Part shown: positions 12,798-24,024 of the stretch, one piece after another | How the letters are laid out: each line of letters begins with the position of its first letter | How positions within the stretch are numbered: the stretch's first letter is position 1 | Assembly (NCBI GenBank): GCA_963821525.1 | Contig: CAWGED010000005.1 | Location: 32,001-96,000, forward strand | Direction of reading: 5' to 3' | DNA: 64,000 bases | Source of the DNA: an uncultured Gemmatimonadales bacterium | Lineage (GTDB): Bacteria; Gemmatimonadota; Gemmatimonadetes; Gemmatimonadales; GWC2-71-9 | Position numbers and translations under genes: made by a program | The notes under the pieces: generated by a model | The model's input: the letters and a program-made list of their open reading frames with translations, nothing else | The model's database searches: none | What the model was told of the DNA's origin: nothing

Positions 12798-14612
12798 GTA
12801 TTTCGTCCGGACGGAGCGGCCCGGTCGTACGGTTGGCACTGTGGTTCGGCCTTGCTACCGGTTTCGGGGAAGTGATACTCCTCGGCCTGCGCCGCTATCT
12901 GCTGCATCGCTTCCTTTTTCTCGGGCAAGACGCGGCGTGGATGGTGCCGCTGGCGGATGCGCTGTGTTTTTCGCGGTCGGCCTGCTGCTCGCCTTGGCGC
13001 ATCGGTGGTGGCCGGGACGATTCACGGCGCCGGCGGTTGCCGGTGTGCTGGCAGGACTCTCGATCTTCGCCCTGCTCCTCATGTACGGTCCGTTGCACCA
13101 AGTGGCGTCGATCCTTATCGCGGTTGGCGTAGGCTACCAGGCCTCGCGGTTTCTCGCTCCCCGTTTCGATCGTTTTCTGGCGGTGGTTGGGCGAACGCTT
13201 CCGGTGCTCGTCGTCCTGCTGCTGGTGACGGCGGGGACGGTTCGCGGGCTCACGCTGTGGAACGAACGCCGAGCGGCCCGCCTGCGGCCTGCGCCCGTGG
13301 CGGGTGCTCCCAACATCCTGCTCATCGTCCTGGACACGGTGCGCTCCCTCAGCCTGAGTGTGTATGGCTACGAACGGGTGACCACCCCCGAGCTGGAACG
13401 CTGGGCGCCCAATGCGGTGCGCTTTGCCCGGGCTCTTTCCACCGCGCCGTGGACCCTGCCTTCCCACTCCACGATGTTCACCGGCCATTTCCCCCACGAG
13501 ATGACCGCCGACTGGCGCACGCCGCTCGACGGGCGCTATCCCACTCTGGCCGAGGTGCTCGAATCCCACGGATATCGGAGCGCGGGATTCGTCGCCAATA
13601 CGATGTACTGCAGCTACGAGACCGGGATACGGCGCGGCTTCGCGCATTACGAAGACTATCCCGTGAACCTGGGCCGCATCCTGTTCAGCTCCACGCTGGG
13701 CAAGCTGGTCAGCGTGAGCCCCTTCTTCCGCGATCGCGCGATCCGCAAGCGAGCGGCCGAAGTCAATCGTGAATTCCTCTCGTGGCTGGACAGAATCGTG
13801 AACCGGGGCCGTTCTTCGCCTTTCTCAACTACTACGATGCGCACGGTCCCTACCAGCCGCCCGCGCCCTTCGACCAGAAGTTCGGCGACGCCTCGCGGCG
13901 CAAGGAGCTGGAGCAGATGCGGGAAGATGCTCCCGCCCTCCAATGGCCGCCGGACGTGATTCAAGCCGCGAAGGACGCCTATGACGGCTCGATCGCCTAC
14001 ATGGACGCCGAGCTGGGAAACTTGTTCCACGAGCTGGATCGGCGCGGGCTCACCCAGAATACTCTGATCATCGTGACTTCCGACCACGGAGAGGAGTTCG
14101 GGGAGAACGGGGTCTTCTGGCACGGCAACAGCCTGTACCGCCCCTCCGTGCAGATCCCCCTGCTGATGAAATTGCCTGGTGGACTCCCCGCCGTCCGCGT
14201 AGTGGATGATCCGGTTTCACTCCGCGATCTGGCGGCCACGATCATGTCCGTCGCCCTGCCCGGCGTGGCCCACCCCTTTCCAGGTGCGAGCCTGAGCCGC
14301 TACTGGCTGTCGGAGAGACGGGATTCGGCGGCAACTGCCGACACCCTGCTCCAGGAGGTGAACTTCGATCCCAGGCTGCCGAGCAATACCCCGGTTTCCA
14401 AGGGCCCGATGCGCGCCGTCGTCTTGGATGGCGGGCGGCTAATCAGGCGGGGAGATGGCTACGAGGAGTTGTTCGATTTCAACCGCGATTCCTCGGAAAC
14501 CAGTAATCTTGCGACCTCCCCCGAGGCTGGCGCTCGGCTCGAACAGCTTCGTGGGGCGCTCAAGGCACTGGTGCCAGTGCGGGCCCAGGCCAACAGCACG
14601 CTTCGCCCATGA
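12794..14612 (+). CDS. Membrane-anchored sulfatase-like hydrolase/transferase, copy 3; frameshifted
   Basis: ATGA overlap; TM region; PNILLIVLDTVR; TAPWTLPSHSTMFTG; FLNYYDAHGPY; TSDHGEEFGENGVFWHGNSLY. Confidence 0.87.
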
Positions 14613-14691
14613 GCCGGGCCACTGCTGGGGAGACACCAGTCGCCGCAGCGACCAACGATTCACACTGACCTGACGCTCGGGTCGGACACCC

Positions 14692-16490
14692 ATGATCTCA
14701 CCAGCCGCACCACGACCGATCACAGCCCCTGCGGCCGCTCGAGACTCTGACGCTTGCTGCCTGGTTCGGACTGCTCGCCGGAATAGGTGAGGCCGTGGTG
14801 CTCACTTTCCGCAAGTTCGTTCTGCATGCCTCGGTGCTGCGTAACCTGGACATGCTGTGGACCGGTCCGCTCGCCTCGATGGTGCTGCTTTCCTGCCTCG
14901 GGATTCTTTTCCTGTTGTTGTCCCGGGTGTTACCGAGGCTGATCACATGGCGTTTCATCGTGGGCGTCTTTGCGGTGTTCGCCTTCCTTCCGATGCTCTT
15001 GGCCGCGGAGCAGCTGTACCGTGTCGCCGCTGGCCTCCTGGCGATCGGTCTGGGCGTTCAGACTCTACGCATCGTTGCTCCTCGTCGAGAGCGATTCGAA
15101 CGGCTGGTTCACAGGTCGCTCTGGGCCTTGGGACTCGCTGTCGCGCTGGTCGCCGGTGGCCTGCGAGCCTCGTGGGCGCTCCGGGAACGGCGCGGGCTGG
15201 CAGCTCTGCCGGCCGCGTCGAGGGGATCGCCGAACGTGCTGCTGTTGGTGCTCGATACAGTCGCGGCTTTGCGCCTCAGCCTGTATGGCTATCCTCGACC
15301 GAACACGCCTCACCTTGAAGAGTGGGCCCGGCGCGGAGTCCGATTCGATCGCGCCATGTCCACAGCCCCATGGACGCTGCCGTCTCACGCTTCGATCCTG
15401 ACTGGTCGCTGGCCCCATGAACTCAGCGCTGACTGGCTCGCTCCGCTCGATGGGACCTACCCGACCCTGGCCGAGGTGCTCGGAGCTCATGGGTATGCCA
15501 GCGCCGGCTTCGTGGCGAACTCCTATTGCAGCCGCGTCTTCGGGCTGCAGCGGGGCTTCCAGCACTATGAAGATTTCCCCGCGACCCCGGCACAGATTCT
15601 CTTCAGTTCGGCATTGGGCCGGCTGCTGGTGCCGAGCTACGGGTCCGGTTTCACAAGGTGGTTCGGCCCGCAGATGCGATCAACGGCGAGCTTCTGCACT
15701 GGCTCGACGATCGTCCCAAGAATCGGCCCTTCTTCGCCTTCCTGAATTACATGGATGCGCACGATCCCTATGAGCCTCCACCCCCATATGAGGAGCAGTT
15801 CAGCGACCCTGCCTCAATCCGGCTGGTCCATGGCCTTCGCCATGATCGAGTGATCGGCTGGTCTCCCGCCGAGGCTGAGGCCGCCAAGGGCGCCTACGAT
15901 GGTGCGTTGGCCTACCTCGACTCCAGGCTGGGAGCACTGTTCAGCGAGTTGGAACGGCGGGACTCCTGGCAAATACGATCGTCATTGTGACGGCAGATCA
16001 CGGTGAGGAATTCGGTGAACATGGGGTCTTCTACCACGGCAACAGCCTGTATCAGACGGTGGCTCGGGTTCCGTTGATCATCACCTGGATTGGCCACCTG
16101 CCCGCCGGGCGGATCTGACCCCGGTCTCCCTGCGAGACCTGGCGGCGACGGTGATGGATCTGACGGGAGTCGATTAGTCCAGCCTTTCCCCGGCCGTTCC
16201 CTGGAACGTTTCTGGGATCAGCGAGCAGATAAGGCTCCCGTCTCCGACACTCTGCTCATGAAAGTGAGCTATGTACCGAAACTCCCTCGCGGTACACCAG
16301 TGAGTCGGGGGACCATGCACGCGGTACAACTCGGCGGGTACCGGTTGATCGTCAACGGCGATGGGGTGGAGGAACTCTACGATTCGAGACAGCCTCGAGC
16401 GGAACGACCTTCAAGGAACCAGCGCTGGCCGATACCCTCGCGGCCCTCCGCGCGTCGCTCCCAAGTGCGACAAAGTCCGGGTTGGAATGA
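14692..16490 (+). CDS. Membrane-anchored sulfatase-like hydrolase/transferase, copy 4; frameshifted
   Basis: AWFGLLAGIGE TM start; PNVLLLVLDTV; TAPWTLPSHASILTG; FLNYMDAHDPY; TADHGEEFGEHGVFYHGNSLY; TGA 16488-16490. Confidence 0.85.
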
Positions 16491-16497
16491 ACCGACC

Positions 16498-18322
16498 ATG
16501 ACAGCCTCCTCGCCTGTCTCAACCGTCGGCCGAGATCCGGATTGCGGGACTGCATCTCGCTCTGTTTGGCCTCTGGTTGGGTCTGGTCTACGGCTTGATC
16601 GAGGCGCTCGAGGCCATGCTGTGGACTCTGATCCCGGGCGGGCTCTCCTGGCAGAACGGGACCGCTCCACCGATCCTCTGGGTGGCTCCGCTGGTCTATG
16701 GGGGGGCCTTCGGCTTGTGGCACTCCTTGTCGCGGGCCTCTCGAAACTTCTGCCGCGAGTCCGCTGGGACCTCGTCCTGGTCTTCCTGCTGGTTGCCGTC
16801 GGGGCCTAACTGGCGACTCGCTGCAAGGCCTGATCCTTGATGAGCGGGCTTGCCTATTGTTGGGGCTGGGTTCGGTGTTGCTCTGACCCGGGTCTACCGG
16901 CGGCGTCCCGAATGGTGGCTTTCCACCGCACGGGGAACCTTGCGAAGGCTCCTCGGTGCGGTGGCACTCACCGCGGTTCTAATCACCGTCGGCACACGGT
17001 TAGCCGAGGCCGTCGCCTCGCCAGCCTGCGGCAGCCCCAACGGGTCGCCCCAATATCCTCCTTCTCGTCATCGACACCCAGCCGGCCGATCACCTCTCCG
17101 TCTATGGATATGGCCGGCCGACCTCACCGACGCTGGAGCGTCTGGCCCAGGAGGGATGGCTCTTCGAAAACATGACCTCCAGTTCCTCGTGGACATTGCC
17201 GAGTCATGCCACGATGATGACCGGTCGGCAACAGCACGAGCACCGAGCCGGAGTCCTGCGGCGGCCCTATTTGGATCACAAATTTCCAACGATCGCCGAA
17301 CTTCTGCGGCAGGAGGGATACGCGACCGGCGGGTTCGTCGCGAACATTACTGGTGCGGAAGGGAAACCGGCTTGGGTCGGGCTTCATCCGATACGAGGAC
17401 TATTTCCAGAACATGGGCGACGCGCTGGTCCGCACCGTGCTGGGGCGGCGCCTGGCGTACGACGTGTGGCCCAAGCTGGGTCCCCGGAATATCCCCGGAC
17501 GGAAGTCTGCTGCCGACATGAATGCCCATCTGCTGAGCTGGATTGACGGGCTTCACGACCGCCCCTTCTTCGGCTTCGTGAACTACTTCGATATTCACGG
17601 GCCCCTCTTTCCACAGCCGCCGTATCTGGGGCGGTTCTCCGACGTCTCTCGCCGTCCGGCAGGTGAGCCGGGCGTGGCGCTAGGCGCCATCACTGGTGAG
17701 TTCAAACGGCTCACCCCGGAGCAGATCCAGGCCGATATCGATGCCTATGATGAATCGATCCTCTACCTCGATGCCCAGATCGGATCATTGCTGGATGAGC
17801 TGAAGAAGCGGGGCAAGCTGGACAACACCTTGATCATCCTCACCAGCGATCATGGGGAGAGCTTCGGAGAGCACGGCTTCTACTTCCACGGCCACAGTCT
17901 CTATCGGGAACAGGTGGATATCCCGCTGCTGCTCCGCTGGCCTGCCCGGCTACCGCCGGTACACACCGCACCGAGCCAGTGACCTGGAACAGATCGCGGC
18001 GACTATCGCTGAGGCTGCGGGGCTGCCGAGCGGTGCTGTGCCGGGCGTGTCGCTCTTGGGCAAACCAGATTCGGCCGCCGTCGGAATCGCCGAACTGGCG
18101 CAGCGTTCAACCGTGCCGGCTTCCTGGCCCGCATCCCGGGGCTGGCTCGCGTCGCTCACGACCGATTCATGGCATTTCATCATCCTACAGTCTGGTGAGG
18201 CCGAGCTTTACGACTTCCGTCGAGATCCACAGGAGCGGACCAATCTCGCCGCCGACTCGGTTCACCTGGTCGAGCAGTTTCGCGAGCGGTTCAAGCGTCT
18301 GGTACCGATTCCGATTCGATGA
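16498..18322 (+). CDS. Membrane-anchored sulfatase-like hydrolase/transferase, copy 5; frameshifted
   Basis: LGLVYGLIE TM start; PNILLLVIDTQ; SSSWTLPSHATMMTG; FVNYFDIHGP; TSDHGESFGEHGFYFHGHSLY; ELYDFRRDPQE. Confidence 0.85.
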
Positions 18323-20130
18323 AGGCCTCGCCTGCACCGGCACAGCGACTGACACCCCGCGCCATCCTCTTACTGGGACTCTCGGCTGGTCTGCTCACGG
18401 GTCTAGTTGAAGCGCTGGTGTTCCTATCGCGACGGTTGGTGCTCGGCCGCCTGGTTCACGTTAGCGCCCATTTCGGATGGATGGCCCCGATCGGGGACCT
18501 GGTACTCTTCGCCGGACCTGCGCTCGTACTGTCCCTGTGCGCTCGACTCTGGCCGAGGCTGATGCCGGCGCGACTGGCGTTCTTCCTGTTTGCTTTTCTA
18601 GGGTTCGCCGCCTTGTTGCTGATGGAACCGGGGTTTCACAAGGTGGCGGTCCTGGCCCTGGCAGCAGGCCTGGCGTGGCAGACCGCCCGAATGCTCTCAC
18701 GCAGAACTGGAGCGTTCGAGCAGCGGTCAGGGATTGTCATGGCTACGCTTGCAGCGTGCGTGACGCTGATCGGTGTAATGACGGTCGGAATACAGGCGGT
18801 GCGGGAGCGAATGGCAATCGGACGTTTACCTGCAGCGGCGGGGAATCGCCCGAACGTGCTCCTGATAATCCTCGACACGGTCAGGGCAAAGAGCCTCAGT
18901 CTTTACGGCTACAATCGAGACACCAGCCCATCGCTGACCCGTCTGGCGGGACGCGGAGTACGGTTCGAGCGGGCCTTCTCGACCGCGCCGTGGACGTTGC
19001 CCTCGCACGCCAGCCTGTTGACCGGTGACTATCCCCACCAACTGTCGGCGGACTGGATCGAGCCACTGGATCGCAAGGTTCCCACCCTGGCTGAGCGGTT
19101 CAGTGCCGAGGGTTATCTGACCGGTGGATTGGTTGCCAACGTGGGCTACTTGAGCTGGGAATTCGGACTGAACCGGGGGTTCGCTCACTATGAGGACTAC
19201 CTCTTTCGTCCGCGGGACATTCTCGAGTCAACCTCGATCGGGAGACAGCTGGACTACAGTTACCTCCTCCGTGACTTGCTACATACCGACCAGCATCTGG
19301 TTCGGATCGACGCGCCGTCCATCAGCCGGCGCTTCCTGAGTTGGGTAGACAAGCGCGGAGACCGCCCCTTCTTTGCTTTCCTCAACTATTACGACGCGCA
19401 CGGTCCTTATCTCCCGCCCTCGCCATGGGACCGTCGCTTCGGTGCGGCCCGTCAGGATAACCGCAGCACACTTCATCGTTTTCTGAGCCGGCCGTTCGGT
19501 CCGCTTCCCCAGGCGGTGGTCGACCGGGAGATGGAGCAATACGATGGTGCCCTCGCCTATCTCGACGACCAGATCGGTAAGCTCATCGAGGAGCTGGATC
19601 GTCGCCATCTGCTCGATCACACCATCGTGCTCCTGACCGCGGATCATGGCGAAGAGTTCGGTGAGCATGGCCTGTTCGATCATGGAAATTCGCTCTACCG
19701 GCCCTCGGTTCAGGTCCCCCTTCTGGTCGTGTACCGTGGGGTGGCTCCGGCGGGCAGGCAGGTGGAGCAGCCAGTGACCCTGCGGGATGTCGCCGCCACC
19801 CTGGCCGACTTGGCTGGACTGCCAGCTGGGGAGGTTCCGGGGGTCTCTTTGGCCCGATTCTGGCGAGAGAGTCCCCCGGTTGAGCCCCGTACGCAAAGCC
19901 CTGTCATTTCAGAGGTTAGCAAAGGGATCCGAACCCCGCCCTGGTATCCGGTCAGCAAGGGGGACATGCGTTCATTGGTAGAAGGGGGCCATCGCTACAT
20001 CTTGGGTGGGGATGGCACGGAGAAGCTGTTCAGTCTGAGCGACGTTTGGGAACGAAATCCCCTGTCTCTGTCGGATTCGTTGGTGCTACCCTTTCGGAAA
20101 GAACTTGCCCGCTGGCCATGGCACAGATAG
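18319..20130 (+). CDS. Membrane-anchored sulfatase-like hydrolase/transferase, copy 6 (intact, 603 aa)
   Basis: Uninterrupted ORF: about 5 hydrophobic segments in first ~160 aa, PNVLLIILDTVR, TAPWTLPSHASLLTG, FLNYYDAHGPY, TADHGEEFGEHGLFDHGNSLY. Confidence 0.92.
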   Translation: MKASPAPAQRLTPRAILLLGLSAGLLTGLVEALVFLSRRLVLGRLVHVSAHFGWMAPIGDLVLFAGPALVLSLCARLWPRLMPARLAFFLFAFLGFAALLLMEPGFHKVAVLALAAGLAWQTARMLSRRTGAFEQRSGIVMATLAACVTLIGVMTVGIQAVRERMAIGRLPAAAGNRPNVLLIILDTVRAKSLSLYGYNRDTSPSLTRLAGRGVRFERAFSTAPWTLPSHASLLTGDYPHQLSADWIEPLDRKVPTLAERFSAEGYLTGGLVANVGYLSWEFGLNRGFAHYEDYLFRPRDILESTSIGRQLDYSYLLRDLLHTDQHLVRIDAPSISRRFLSWVDKRGDRPFFAFLNYYDAHGPYLPPSPWDRRFGAARQDNRSTLHRFLSRPFGPLPQAVVDREMEQYDGALAYLDDQIGKLIEELDRRHLLDHTIVLLTADHGEEFGEHGLFDHGNSLYRPSVQVPLLVVYRGVAPAGRQVEQPVTLRDVAATLADLAGLPAGEVPGVSLARFWRESPPVEPRTQSPVISEVSKGIRTPPWYPVSKGDMRSLVEGGHRYILGGDGTEKLFSLSDVWERNPLSLSDSLVLPFRKELARWPWHR

Positions 20131-22000
20131 TTGCGGGAGTCCCGTTGCAGTCCCGAAAAGTGTGCGACGAGGGGGGGGCGGATCGGTCCGCGCTTCAGCC
20201 GTCGCTTCTGATCTTGGCTGTGTGGTTCGCGCTCGCCGCCGGGCTGCTGGAAGGGGCCTGGAGGGTGTTTCAGCGCCTGGGATTGCACCAGTTCGTTGGC
20301 CTGCCGTTCGATATCGTCTGGATGGCTCCGACAGTCGATTTTCTCTGGTTGTTGCTACCGACCCTCCTGCTGATACTGGCCCGTCGGCTGACTCCGGGGA
20401 AACTGCCATTCGGCGCCCTGGTCGGAATCCTGGGTGGCCTGGCCGCTTTGCCCCTCTTCCTGCTGGTCACGTCCATGCATAAGGCGGTCGCGCTGGTGCT
20501 CGCCGTGGGCGTGGGCATTCAACTGAGTCGTCTGGTGTCGGGACGGGCGCTGGCGGTTGCTGCCTTCATGCGGCGGACCCTGCCGCTGCTGGGCATTCTG
20601 TTCGCCAGCGGGGCCAGCCTGGTGTTGAGCATCGAATGGTTGAATGAACGTGCCGCATCGACCCGCTGGCCCGCCGCATCTCGAGACAAACCCAATGTTC
20701 TTCTGCTGGTCTGGGACACGGTACGAAACGATGAGTCAGCGTCGCGGGATACACCCGGCCTACCACACCGTTTCTCGAGTCAGTGGCCCGGGAGGGAGTT
20801 CGCTTCGAGCATGCGTTCAGCACCGCGCCCTGGACCCTCCCCTCCCATGGGAGCATGTTCACCGGTCAGTGGCCCTTCATGTTTTTCCGGGGGATCTGGG
20901 CGCCCGTGGAGATGCCGACACCGACCCTGGCGGAGGCGCTCTCTCAGGCGGGCTATCGGACCGGCGGGTTTACCGCCAACCTGGCCTACACCACCCGGGA
21001 GCACGGGATTCACAAGGGCTTTGCGCATTACGAGGATTTCAGCCGCACGATGGGGACAGCGCTCGCCAAGTCGCGCATCAGCCGGGTGATCCTGGATCCG
21101 CAATGGGTACGCCACATCATCGGATACTACGATTTGATGGGGCGGAAGCGGGCGGACGTGATCAACACCAGTTTCCTGCGCTGGCTGGACCAGGATGGCT
21201 CCAGGCCATTCTTCGGATTTCTCAATTATTTCGACGCCCACGCGCCCTATATCGCTCCCTCACCGTTCCGGGAACGGTTTGCTCTCGCCCGGCGGGGAAA
21301 GTATGAGATCATTCCGCAGCCGGGACAGGGAGGCGGTCCCTCGCGTACCCCTGAGGCCCACCGATACTGGCGCGCCGAATACGACGCCCTCATCGCATCC
21401 CTGGATGACGCGACCCGGAGGCTGTTCGCCGAGCTGGCCCACCGAGGTCTGCTCGACAATACCATCGTCATCATCACCTCGGACCACGGCGAGCAGTTCG
21501 GCGAACATGGCAAGTGTTGCCACATGAACACCCTCTATCGGGCGGTCCTGGAGGTCCCACTCTTGATCCGGTTTCCACCTGCCGTGCCGGCCAATCAGTC
21601 CATTCCAGCCCCGGTGAGTCTTCGGGACATACCGCGCACCGTGCTCACCCTGACCGGTGTGGCCGCGGAAAGTATCCCTGGGCGCTCCCTCACTCGCTTC
21701 TGGAAACCGGAACCCGCTGCGCCCGATTCGTTGATTCTGGCCGAGTTGTCCACCTCGCGCCGTGGTAACCTCGGCCCTCACGCGGTGGTGTCCAACGGTG
21801 TCTTCTACATTCGGGCAGGAAAGGATTCGGTTGAGCTCTACGACCTGCTGGACGACACGGCCCAGGCCACCAGCCTGCATCGTCATCCGGCTCGCAGCGC
21901 CGATCTGGCTCGCTTCAGACATGTGACGGACAGCCTCGCCGAGCTTTACCGGCGGAGGAGCCACACAACCGACGAAGTCGAAGAGGAGGACGAGCAGTGA
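20118..22000 (+). CDS. Membrane-anchored sulfatase-like hydrolase/transferase, copy 7; frameshifted near 20730-20770
   Basis: TM region; PNVLLLVWDTVR; TAPWTLPSHGSMFTG; FLNYFDAHAPY; TSDHGEQFGEHGKCCHMNTLY. Confidence 0.88.
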
Positions 22001-23827
22001 GCACGGACCCTTCGACTGCACTGGAGGTGCCGAGCCACAGGCTGATCGGGTGGGGCGCCGCGCTTGGCATCGGCGCCGGTCTGATCGAGGCCGCGATGGC
22101 GACCATTCGGTCGGGTCGCACCGCGCTCTTGATTGGGAGGGTGCGGCGACTTTGTCTGGTTGGCCCCGCTGGTTGGTCTGCTGCTCGGCTTGAGCAGCGT
22201 GATTCTCCTGATCGGAGCGCGCCGGCTGTGCTCCCCGCGCGTTTACCCCTCGGGTGATCCTCACCATCGTCGGCACCGTCGTTTTCCTAAGCCCGATTTT
22301 TCTTTTCCAGCGGATGCATCGACTCGCCGCGCTGGTGCTGGCGCTGGGAATCGGGTTCCAGCTGGCGGCCTGGCTCACTCGGCGAGCCGCCGCATCGCGC
22401 TGATGCACTGGATGCTTCCACTTGGTAATGTTCTGCTGGATCGCTGGCGGACTGGGATTGGAGGTGGTACGGAACCTGCGCGAGCGCGCCGCCATCCGAA
22501 GGCTCCCACCCGCCGAAGCCGATCGTCCGAACGTCTTGCTCCTGGTGCTGGATACGGTTCGCGGAATGAGCCTGAACCTGTACGGGTACCCGCGAGCTAC
22601 CACTCCTGAGTTGAAGAAGCTGGCTGAGCGAGGCGCCCGGTTCGACTACGCGGTGGCGCCGGCGCCATGGACCCTCCCTTCTCACGGGTCGATCTTCTCT
22701 GGACGTTTACCCCGGGAATTCAGCACCACCTTCCGTACCCCGTTCGACGAGAAATTCCCCGTGCTCGCCGAGGCGCTCGCCGGTCACGGCTACGTGACCG
22801 GTGGGATTCGTCGCCAACATCTGGTATTGCGCGGCTGGCCACGGTCTGGAGCGGGGATTCCTCGCAGTATCGCGACTACCCCCGCACCACGTGGCGAGTG
22901 GTCGAAGGGTCGGCACTCGGTCGTTGGCTCTTCGAGCAGGCCACCGTCCGCAGGTTTGTCGGCTGGTACGAGATGCTTTGGCGCAAGAACGCCGGACGGG
23001 CGGTGAACGAATTTCTCGCAGTGGGAAGCGAAGCCGCGCGATGGACGTCCCTTCTTTGCGTTTATCAATTTCTTCGACGCCCACAACCCATTCGTCCCAC
23101 CGGCGCCTTTCGATACCATGTTCGCGACCGTCCAGGACGACACTATGATCCGCGCTTCAAGATGCCGGAATTTTCCGACCTCACGGCCGATGAGATTGAG
23201 TTCACCCGGGACCAGTACGAAGGAGCTATCGGATACATCGACCGGTCCGTCGGGCATATGTTGACCGAGCTGGATCGGCGCGGCGTCTTGAAGCACACGA
23301 TCGTTGTGATCACCTCCGACCACGGCGAGCAGTTCGGCGAGCACGAGCTCCTGGGGCATGGCAACAGCCTGTATTCGCAAGTGCTCCACGTTCCGCTCGT
23401 GATCGTGTATCCCCCCAAGGTGCCTGCCGGCTCGGTCGTGGCGCCCCCCGTAGGGCTTCGCGACATCCCGACCACGGTCCTTGACCTTGCTGGTCTGCCG
23501 AACGATCGCGGCCTTCAGGGGCGCTCCCTTACCCGCTTCTGGGAACGTCCAATGGACTCCGGGGACGTGGATGAGGTCATCGTTTCCGAAATGCCGGGCG
23601 CGAGCGCTGCCAATGCCGTCTCTCTCATTGCGGACGGGCATCACTACGTCCGCTGGTGGAAGCGGGCGGAAGGCGTCTACGACCTTCGAACCGATCCGAC
23701 CGAACAAACCAATCTGGTCGGCACTCCCATAGGAGATTCGCTGCTGACCCGGTTCCGGGACATGGCGGCTGAACTGTCCCAGAAGTTTCCCGGGCTCAGG
23801 AAGGGGGAGGCGAATGACACGCTCTGA
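21997..23827 (+). CDS. Membrane-anchored sulfatase-like hydrolase/transferase, copy 8; frameshifted
   Basis: GTGA overlap; TM region; PNVLLLVLDTVR; PAPWTLPSHGSIFSG; FINFFDAHNP; TSDHGEQFGEHELLGHGNSLY; YDLRTDPTE. Confidence 0.87.
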
Positions 23828-24024
23828 GGCCCGAGCGGCCGGAGTCATTCGACGGTCTGGTGTCATTACATTTGCGACCGATGATGACTCGCTCGAGCTC
23901 TATGGCGCCAAGGCTCGTCCACCCCCATTTCGTTGGGTAGTGCTGAAATCGACGATGACCACCGCTGACGACTGCTGCGCGGTGACTGCGAACCACGGCA
24001 GCGAAGCTAAGAAAGGTGAGGCGA

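Noticed and set aside
9123..23827. Catabolic sulfatase cluster (polysaccharide utilisation locus)
   Set aside because: No C/S-x-P-x-R motif, no maturase, no glycoside hydrolases or TonB-dependent transporters; surroundings are biosynthetic
21260..23866. Long antisense ORFs (e.g. 21260..22603, 22790..23866; similarly 38929..39996, 45707..46858, 55978..57033)
   Set aside because: Shadow ORFs opposite well-supported genes, expected in high-GC DNA, with no motifs
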